From a virus (lineage: Duplodnaviria > Caudoviricetes), in the IMG/VR virus record IMGVR_UViG_3300037423_000942, positions 1 to 45,692 of that record: a stretch of 45,692 nt of DNA; one strand, given 5' to 3'. The notes below the pieces were generated by a model, which was given only the letters and a program-made list of their open reading frames with translations, was not told the origin of the DNA and ran no database searches. Numbering within the stretch: the stretch's first letter is position 1; every line of letters starts with the position of its first letter. The position numbers and the translations under genes were made by a program. Below, piece by piece: positions 35,194 through 43,000 of the stretch.

Positions 35194-35646
35194 ATGCTCT
35201 TCTCACTACTCGATCCCCGACTTTGGCTGGCGGTGGCCGTCGTTGTCGCCGTGTCTGCAGGCGGGGGTTACTTCAAGGGGCGCCACGATGGACGACTACT
35301 GGAACGAGCCGACACCGCCGCAGCTGTCGCGCAAGCGAACCGGGAAGCTCGAAAGAATGAGCAATTGCGCCAGGATCGCGTGGACAAAGCTGCAAGGGCT
35401 GCCGCCGCCCGCGAAAGGGGCCTTGTGGCTGACGCTGCTCGTGCTCGCAGCTTGTCTCTCGGGCTGCGCGACGACCTCGATTCCCTCCGGCGAGACAGCG
35501 CGCAATCCCTCAGCGCCGCCCAGCAGGCTCTCGCCGCAACCTCCGAACTACTCGCAACGTGCAGCCAGCGATACACAGAGCTGGCGGCAGAAGCTGACCG
35601 AGCTGATCTCGAAGCTCGCGAGCTGAGGCAAGCGTGGCCTAAGTAA
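35194..35646 (+). CDS. Rz: Inner-membrane spanin
   Basis: N-terminal TM then coiled coil; follows the endolysin. Confidence 0.85.
   Translation: MLFSLLDPRLWLAVAVVVAVSAGGGYFKGRHDGRLLERADTAAAVAQANREARKNEQLRQDRVDKAARAAAARERGLVADAARARSLSLGLRDDLDSLRRDSAQSLSAAQQALAATSELLATCSQRYTELAAEADRADLEARELRQAWPK
35357..35626 (+). CDS. Rz1: Outer-membrane spanin lipoprotein embedded in Rz (start uncertain)
   Basis: Alternative frame with lipobox LSGC and Pro-rich mature part. Confidence 0.78.
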   Translation: MSNCARIAWTKLQGLPPPAKGALWLTLLVLAACLSGCATTSIPSGETARNPSAPPSRLSPQPPNYSQRAASDTQSWRQKLTELISKLAS

Positions 35647-35660
35647 CCGGAGTCACTTCC

Positions 35661-35972
35661 ATGCGTCTGCTTCTCATCGCTGCGGCTCTCGCGGCAGGGT
35701 CGGCTGTTGCCGCCTATAGCAACGACACGATGGTTGCCCGAAGGGGCGGCGACGCCGTGCGCCTGTGGGATGCGCCGTGCACGTATGAGGACGTGACCAA
35801 GCGAATCAAGCCGGAACACCGCGACAAGTTCCGCCGCGCGCAAGCAACGATCTCCAAGCAGGAATTCCTTGCGTGCTGGGTCGTCGACGGCGATGCCGTG
35901 TTCCTGATGTACGAAGACGGCGACCAATCGCTGATCCCCGTTTCCGAATTCAAACCCGATCAAGGAGCCTGA
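35661..35972 (+). CDS. Secreted protein, 103 aa
   Basis: Signal peptide (AVA-A), two Cys, YEDGD motif. Confidence 0.78.
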   Translation: MRLLLIAAALAAGSAVAAYSNDTMVARRGGDAVRLWDAPCTYEDVTKRIKPEHRDKFRRAQATISKQEFLACWVVDGDAVFLMYEDGDQSLIPVSEFKPDQGA

Positions 35973-35976
35973 ACGA

Positions 35977-37263
35977 ATGGCGACCACCGGATATGTTGAC
36001 CCCAAATGGGGCACTGCGCCAGCGGGCGGCTCGTACTCGCTTGACCCGCAAAAGGGCTGGGTGCCGATGCAAGGTAGCACTGTGGCCAACCAGCCCGCAG
36101 GCTCCACTACGAGCCCGACCGGCATCATCAATACCGCGCTCAATAGCGGATTCAAGTTCGTGAACAACGGCGGCACCGACACGCTCGTAGGCGACAAGTA
36201 CGCGGCCAATCTGCACAGTGGCGCGGCGAGCTACAACGCGGCCACCGGCCAGAACCTAACCGATCAGCAGTACGACGCGATGATCAACCCGAAGGACTCG
36301 GGCACGATGTTCAATGCCGACGGCACGCGCAAGACCTACGGGGCGGGCGACTACATCACGCCCAGCGTGACGGAAGTGGCAGCGCCTGGATCGGCAGCCA
36401 CGCCCAATGCGGCTGGCGGCGCTGGCGGTGGTTCGCTGTCGGCAGGCGGTGCGGAGCGTCGTGGTCGCGGCATCGTCGGCGGTGCAGCTGGCTACACGCC
36501 GTGGACGGTCACGCCGGACCAGACCGTGGAAGGCCGCATCCAGAGCATCGTGAACGGCGCCATCGGCACGCAGGCCCGCACGGACGCGACCGAGCAGATG
36601 GCGGCCCGCGGCTTGCAGAACTCGGACCTTGCCATCAGCGCGGGTGAGCAGGCGGCGTATGCGGCTGCCGTGCCGATTGCGCAGGCGGACGCCGCGACGG
36701 CAGCCAAAGCCGCCGGCTACGACGCGGACATCCAGAACCAGATGACGATGCAGGGCAACCAGCTGGGCAGCCAGGAGAAAATCGCCCAACTTCAGTCCGA
36801 CACGCAGCGCTACGGCTACGACACGAACGCAGCGACGCAGAAGTACACGGCGGACCTCAACGCCCGGTCTCAGCAGCTTATCGCCGGAATGGACAACGAC
36901 AATCGCGTGCAGATCCAGCAGCTGCAAAACGACAATCAGCGGCTGCTTCAGACCAACAGCAACGCGGCCAGTGCGTTCAACCAGTCCATGGTGGCAGTCG
37001 CCAACATCGAACAGAACACGACAATGGACGCAAACGCCAAGACGCAGGCCATCGCGCAGATCATGCAAAACCTGCAGCAGCAGCTCACGACGCTGGGCAA
37101 GGTTTCCAGCATCGACCTGTCGGGCACTCTGAACTTCGCGAGCATGCCGGGCTTCGATGCACAAGGGCATTGGGTAGGCTTCGGCGGTTCGTCTGCGGGC
37201 AGCGGCGCGGGAAGTACCAGCGACAGCGGCTACCAAGGTCCGGTCTTCCAGCCTTCCAACTGA
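35977..37263 (+). CDS. Internal virion/DNA ejection protein, 428 aa
   Basis: G/A/Q/N-rich; MAARGLQNS...A.PIAQ.DA motif; position. Confidence 0.72.
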   Translation: MATTGYVDPKWGTAPAGGSYSLDPQKGWVPMQGSTVANQPAGSTTSPTGIINTALNSGFKFVNNGGTDTLVGDKYAANLHSGAASYNAATGQNLTDQQYDAMINPKDSGTMFNADGTRKTYGAGDYITPSVTEVAAPGSAATPNAAGGAGGGSLSAGGAERRGRGIVGGAAGYTPWTVTPDQTVEGRIQSIVNGAIGTQARTDATEQMAARGLQNSDLAISAGEQAAYAAAVPIAQADAATAAKAAGYDADIQNQMTMQGNQLGSQEKIAQLQSDTQRYGYDTNAATQKYTADLNARSQQLIAGMDNDNRVQIQQLQNDNQRLLQTNSNAASAFNQSMVAVANIEQNTTMDANAKTQAIAQIMQNLQQQLTTLGKVSSIDLSGTLNFASMPGFDAQGHWVGFGGSSAGSGAGSTSDSGYQGPVFQPSN

Positions 37264-37724
37264 TGATCACCTTCGCCCGCGAACTCCTGTGCGAGTGCGT
37301 GCAGGAGGTGCAGCCGCTTTTGGAAAAGCACTACGACGAGCTCACGCTTCGCAAGGACATTGTGAAGCTCGATCCACAGTGGAAAGAGTACGCGCTGCTC
37401 GAGCAGCTGGGCCGCTTCGTGGTGTTCACCGCGAGGGACGAAGGCAGGCTGGTGGGCTACTCGGCCTACTTCCTCCTTCGCCACATGCACTATGCCGCGC
37501 TGACCGTTGCGCAGAACGACGTTTTCTGGCTGGACCCACAGTGCCGCCGCGGCATGTCACCTGTGCGCTTCCTGCGCTGGTGCGACAAGCGACTGGCGTC
37601 CGAGGGCGTCGACAAGGCCATCTATCACTGCAAGCTGTCCAACCAGCTTGCTCCCATCCTGCGCCGACTCGGCTATGCCGACGAGGAGGTCATGGTGGGC
37701 AAGTTCATTGGGAAAGGAGCCTGA
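37263..37724 (+). CDS. GNAT-like acetyltransferase, 153 aa
   Basis: TARDEGRLVGY...DVFWL.P..R.G...LRRLGY. Confidence 0.82.
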   Translation: MITFARELLCECVQEVQPLLEKHYDELTLRKDIVKLDPQWKEYALLEQLGRFVVFTARDEGRLVGYSAYFLLRHMHYAALTVAQNDVFWLDPQCRRGMSPVRFLRWCDKRLASEGVDKAIYHCKLSNQLAPILRRLGYADEEVMVGKFIGKGA

Positions 37725-37725
37725 C

Positions 37726-38580
37726 ATGGCGTTCACAGCTGTTGCGGCGATCATCAGTGGTGCCGAAGTCACCACTGCACTCGTCTTGTCTGCCGCCGCC
37801 GAAATCGGCACGGCAATGACCGTCGTCGGTGCGGTCACGGGAAACAAGGAGCTCATGAAGATCGGCGGCGCCGTGGCCTTGGTCGGCGGTGTCGGCGGGT
37901 TGATCAATGGCGCGATTAGCGGCGCTGCGGGCGCGGCCGGCGCGGCGGAAGGTGCCGCTGGCGCGGAAACGCTTGACTCAATGGCGCAAACCGCCAGCGA
38001 TGCGTTCGGCGGCGAAGCGGCGACCGAAGCCGCGCAACAAGCGGGCATCACGCAGATGGAAGGCGCGGCCACCCAAAGCGTTGGGACGGACTTGGCAACG
38101 AATGCGACGAACGCTGCCGTGCAAGCACCCGCGCAGGAAGTGCCGCAAGCGACCCAGACGATGGGCGCGAGTGGAAACGTTACCACCCCGGCCGTTGAAT
38201 CGACGCCTGTGAACACGAGTTCGACGCTGCAGGCGCCAACAGTGAACGGCCCCACGGGTGCCGTAGCGCCGACAGGACCGGCCACGCCGTACGACAACAT
38301 AGACGTAGGGGGCGGCTTCAATCCGTCCTCGATGACGGCGCCACAGGACTCGGGCTCGTTCTTCAACAAGTTCTCCACTTGGGCGAACAACAACAAGACG
38401 CTGTTTTCCTCCGGTCTGCAACTTGCCGGCGGCGCTTTCAACGGCATGAACCAGCGCAGCATGTGGGACCAGAAGATGGCGCTGGAGCAGCAGCGTCTGA
38501 ACCAGACAGGGTACGGCTCGCAGGTAGGCATCTGGGCGCCGCCGAACCCCACGCCCGGCATCATCAACGGAGCACGCTGA
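37726..38580 (+). CDS. Ejection/pilot protein, 284 aa
   Basis: Hydrophobic Ala/Gly N-terminus and low-complexity body; AAAGGAG SD. Confidence 0.72.
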   Translation: MAFTAVAAIISGAEVTTALVLSAAAEIGTAMTVVGAVTGNKELMKIGGAVALVGGVGGLINGAISGAAGAAGAAEGAAGAETLDSMAQTASDAFGGEAATEAAQQAGITQMEGAATQSVGTDLATNATNAAVQAPAQEVPQATQTMGASGNVTTPAVESTPVNTSSTLQAPTVNGPTGAVAPTGPATPYDNIDVGGGFNPSSMTAPQDSGSFFNKFSTWANNNKTLFSSGLQLAGGAFNGMNQRSMWDQKMALEQQRLNQTGYGSQVGIWAPPNPTPGIINGAR

Positions 38581-38581
38581 C

Positions 38582-39088
38582 ATGAACCCGATCCTTGAAA
38601 AGGCGAAGGCCGCCGTCCTCCAAAAGGTAGACCAGCGCCTTCAGCCCGCGATCCAGAAATCCGTGCAGGCGGGCGAGCAGGTGATGTACGCACCGCAGAC
38701 GCGGCAGGAGTTGATCAAGACGCTGGGCGATGGCTCCGATCCTGAAGCCATCGGCTCGGGCATCGCCAAGGTGCTGGCAGTTCTCTTCCACAAAAGCGGC
38801 AACACCCTGCCGATGCAAGTAGGGGTTCCCGCCGCCACGATCCTGCTGATCGAAGCCTTGCAGTTCATCGAGGACGCAGGCAAGGCCAAGGTCACGCCCG
38901 ACATGCTGGCAGCGTGCACGAAAGCGATGGGCTCGGCGGTGCTTCAGATGTTCGGCATCACGCCCGACAAGCTGCAAGCCATGTTCTCGCAGGCGCAGGC
39001 CGGGCAAGGTGCCCAACCGGGGCAACTGCCTGCACAAGCGCCGCAACCGGCGGGCATCGTGGCCAGCGCAGCGCAAGGGGGTGCGTGA
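38582..39088 (+). CDS. Hypothetical virion-module protein, 168 aa
   Basis: Helical; GGAG SD. Confidence 0.78.
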   Translation: MNPILEKAKAAVLQKVDQRLQPAIQKSVQAGEQVMYAPQTRQELIKTLGDGSDPEAIGSGIAKVLAVLFHKSGNTLPMQVGVPAATILLIEALQFIEDAGKAKVTPDMLAACTKAMGSAVLQMFGITPDKLQAMFSQAQAGQGAQPGQLPAQAPQPAGIVASAAQGGA

Positions 39089-40038
39089 TGGGGATCATTC
39101 TCGGGGCGCTCGGTGGGGCGGGTGAAGCCGCGCAGAACATCGGCTCGACCATGCTCAAGAACGAGCTGGACACCGAATCCAGGCTGAAGGTAAACCAGCA
39201 GGACAGCGACCTTGCCTTGCAGCGCGCGAAGGCGTTGGAGGACTACAAACTGGCCGCAGCGAATCAGCAGCGGCAGGCGCAGTCCCAGCGCATTCAAGAT
39301 GCCCAGACCGGCATCGTGAACTCCAAGATCGGCGACAAGTACGCGAGTTCGGATGCTGCCGTCGCTGCGGCGGATGCGGGCCAGACGGATGCGCCGCTGA
39401 CCGATGAGCAGCGCGGCATCATCAACCAGGCCAAGGATGCCGACCGCAAGAAGCTGATGGCCGACAAGAGCACGTACGTGGATGCGGCCATCCAGACGGG
39501 TGATATCGCCCCCAAGGACGTTCTTGCCGCCTCCAACAAAGAGGAAGTCGCTGGCATTCGTGCACAAGCCTTGCAGGCGGTGCAGGACGCCAAGAACGAC
39601 GTGTGGCGCGAAAAGATCGAGTTCATGGCGCAGAAGTCCAAGGACGACAACAACACGCGCATGCTCATCGCGGCGATGCGCGCAGCCTCTGGGGGCAAGG
39701 ACGGTGGCGACACCGCCAAGATCCGCACGGCGCAGACCTACCTCGAAACCGTGAACGCCGAGCGCAAGGCGAGCGGGCAAGACCCCATGACGTTCGAGGA
39801 GGCGTACGCCATTGCGAACTACGCGCCCAAGAGCGATCAGGAAAGCGGCATTCGTGCGCGCGTGGCCACGACCCTGATCAACAACGACCCGAAGCTGCTC
39901 AAAGACCCGGAAGCGCTGCGCAAGAACGTCGAGGCGACGCTGAGCGTGATCAACAACGACACGCCCGCAGCCAAGCCGCCGGCGCCGGCGGCATCAGCCA
40001 GTACGAAGAAGCCTCCCCTGAACTCCTTCCTGAAATAA
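39088..40038 (+). CDS. Ejection protein, 316 aa
   Basis: TGATG coupling; MGIILGALGGAG start; helical A/Q/K-rich. Confidence 0.72.
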   Translation: MGIILGALGGAGEAAQNIGSTMLKNELDTESRLKVNQQDSDLALQRAKALEDYKLAAANQQRQAQSQRIQDAQTGIVNSKIGDKYASSDAAVAAADAGQTDAPLTDEQRGIINQAKDADRKKLMADKSTYVDAAIQTGDIAPKDVLAASNKEEVAGIRAQALQAVQDAKNDVWREKIEFMAQKSKDDNNTRMLIAAMRAASGGKDGGDTAKIRTAQTYLETVNAERKASGQDPMTFEEAYAIANYAPKSDQESGIRARVATTLINNDPKLLKDPEALRKNVEATLSVINNDTPAAKPPAPAASASTKKPPLNSFLK

Positions 40039-40042
40039 GCCC

Positions 40043-43000
40043 ATGCCCTTCGACTACCAGGGTGCCCGCGCCGCCGGTTACAGCGACGCGGAGATCGCGT
40101 CGTTCCTTGGTCAGCAGGCGGGATTCGACACGGATGGAGCGATCAAGTCGGGCTACAAGCCTGCAGAGATCATTCCGTTCCTGTCCGACCGGCTGAACCA
40201 GCAAAGCGCGGCGAAGGAGCAGCCGACGGTTCCCGATCAACAGCCTGAGAGCGCGCCGATGGACATCGACGGCGCTCCCATCCTTCAGCCCGCAAGCACG
40301 GTTGAAGCGGGCGCGGGTCGCGGGGTCGTAAATCCGCCGCTGGCTGCCGATGTCGGAAGGCGTGACGTGAGCGCGGCCGAAGCCTTCGGGCGCGGGGTCG
40401 GCGAGTCCGGCGCGAAGTCGGCCAAGTACCTCGCAGCCGCCGCCAGTGCGGTTCCCGTGCTCGCTGAGTCCGTCATCAACGCGGTGAAGCAGCCGTTCGG
40501 CGGGAAGGCCGATTACTCGTGGCAGGACGCCGCATTCCGCCAGCTCGTCGACCCGGCCCAGAACGCCGTGGACTACTACGCGCTCAAGCCCGACGAGAAG
40601 ATGGACCTCAGGTCCAAGATCGCGAACGGCGTGGGCGGGCTGCTGCAAGACCTACCGGCCATCATCGCCTCCGGTGGATTGGCCGAGGCCCCCGCGGCTG
40701 TCGCCAAGAACCCGGGGATGATGGAGTTCGTGGGCAATGCGCTGTCCACGGGCTTTGACGCCATGCGCCCGATCATCCTGAAGGCGGCAGGCGAGAAAGC
40801 CGATCAGGTGCTGGAGTCCGGTGGCTCGCCGCGCGAGGCGGCCGTGTCTGCGCTCACGGCCGGGATGTGGGCGGGCATCAACGGGGCCGTGCCGATGTCC
40901 ATGCAGGGCTCGCGTGCGGTGCGTGCCGTTACGGGCTTTCCGGTGGGCGCAGCTACTGGCGAAGCCGGGCGCGTCATCCAGAACGCCGCCGATCCAGACA
41001 ATCTCCAGCAGCCGTTCGATCCTGCGAACACCGTCATCTCTGGCGTGCAAGGCAGCCTGTTGGCGGCTGGTATGCCGGGCCATGCCGAAGCGCCCGCCGA
41101 TCTGCATGCGGCCGAATCCGCCCGCGCGGCAGAAGCCGAGGGCGTTCCCGCGCAGACGCCGCGTGTTGCCGATGTGGGCCGTGTGCTGGAAGCGCAGTCG
41201 GTGGACGAAGCGATCGAAGCTGCGAATCGAGCCGCGAACCCCGCGCCCGAGGGTTCAATCCGTTCGCAGATGCTGGCCATCCGGCCGCTTGAGGAAGCCC
41301 CCAATGTCAGCCGAGAAGATGGTCTTCGGCCCGCTGTTGCAGGAGCCGCTGGAGATGGGCTGGCTATCCCCGAGCGAAGCGTGGAGCCTGGAGCTGGACA
41401 GCCTGTTGAACCCGCAGGACGACTGGCCGCAGAACCTGCTTCCATTGGTGCAGAGGGTGAGCCTGTTCCACCTCGAGCTGCCGATGCAGTAGAACCCGCA
41501 GCCAAAGTCGCACCGCAGGCGGCGGAATCGGCACTTCCCCCAGCGAAGAACGCCGAGGCCGAACTCGCAAACATCCAGGCACGGCGCAACGAGTCGGGCA
41601 CCGTCACGGTGACGGGCGATCCTGCTGCGGTAGCTGCCTTGCTGCGCGCCCACGAAATCCCGTTCGTTCCCAGTACCGATGGTGCCGTAGTGGGCCGCAC
41701 GCGCGCCGCCGATGCCGAGCGCGTGGTGCAGGATTTCCAGCCGCGAGTGGAAACGGTTACCACTCAGGACGCTGCCGCGCCGGTTTCCGCGCGGGGTGTC
41801 GAGCCTAGCGTCGACACCCCCTCGAACCAGCCGACGCCGGCCGTTCGCATCGAGCCGCCCATACCCGCGCAGCCGGGAAAAGTGGTAACCGTTACCACTC
41901 CGGAAGTGCGGCAAGCCCCCAAAGTCGAGCCCATCCGAGAAGCCGAACGAGCAGTCGCGGCCATCCCCGACGAGCCCGCGTTTCGGCGCAGCGGCGAGTC
42001 CCAGCCTGACCTGCGCGCGTCAGTCGCCTCCATCAGGGATCGGCTCTTCAACTCCCCCCGCGCTTCCATGCGCGTGAGTGAGGTGGAGAGCGCGCTCGGC
42101 CCCGCGCTGAAGCGTCTGAAGGTGCCGCACTTCATCCACGACTCCATCGGCGCGGCACGCGAGAGCAGCGGTTATGCCGACATCCCCGAGGGCGTGAAGG
42201 GGATGCACTTCAACGGCAAGCTGCACCTCATAGCGGAGAACCTGCGATCTCCGCTGGAAGCAGAAGCCGTGTTCTGGCACGAAGTCAGCCATGCAGGCTT
42301 GAGCGCGATGTACGGCAAGAGCTCGCGCGCCTACGAAAGCGCGCTGCGGGAGCTCGTCGCTGTCAACCCCGAAATCCGCAAGGCGGCGCTGTCGTGGATG
42401 GAGAGGTACGGCAAGGCGGACTTTGACGCCCGCGTGAAAGCTGGCTCGACTCCCGAACGAGCGCTGCTGACAACCAAGATGCAGTCCGTCGATGAGGCGC
42501 TGGCCGAGATGGCTTCGCGCAACGTGAGCATCAACGGGTTGCCGCGGTTCATCGCCCGAGTGCAGGAGTTTCTTCGCGTCATCGGCTTGCATCGCTTGGC
42601 GAACTGGCTGGAAGGAAAGACCAACGCGCAGGCGCTGCGCATGATCCTGAACGCCCGCGAAGCGGTGATGGAAAGCGAGCCGTCCGGCTCAGCCAATGCT
42701 GGCCAACTGGCACCGGCCTTTTCCAAGGACCGCGCGTCGTTCTCCCGCGCTGCCGATTCCGACGCCGACCTCCCCGAAGAAGTCCGCGCTCCGTACGCAG
42801 GCCCCGGCGCTCGCATGCTTCAAGCGGCGGGCGAGCTGTACTCGACCCTTCGCAACGACCTGATGATGGGCGTGGCTCCCATGAGCGCCACGAACAATAA
42901 GCAGGCCCAAGCGATGGCGCAGAAGTACGCCAACCAGACCCGCTGGGCGCAGGTGCAGTGGGGCCGACTGTCCCGCCTGATTGAAAAGAACTTTACTCCC

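Larger units (their letters stand above)
16364..41899. repeat. Dispersed palindrome (G/C)TGG(T/A)AAC[N]GTTACCAC, 7 copies: 16364-16379, 16574-16589, 23079-23095, 30036-30051, 38171-38186, 41746-41764, 41881-41899
   Basis: Each copy read directly; the 23079 and 41881 copies are perfect 8- and 9-bp inverted repeats around one central base. Confidence 0.9.

Noticed and set aside
37263-37724. GNAT gene as a novel accessory toxin
   Set aside because: Acetyltransferase-like genes are common in podovirus ejection modules at this position
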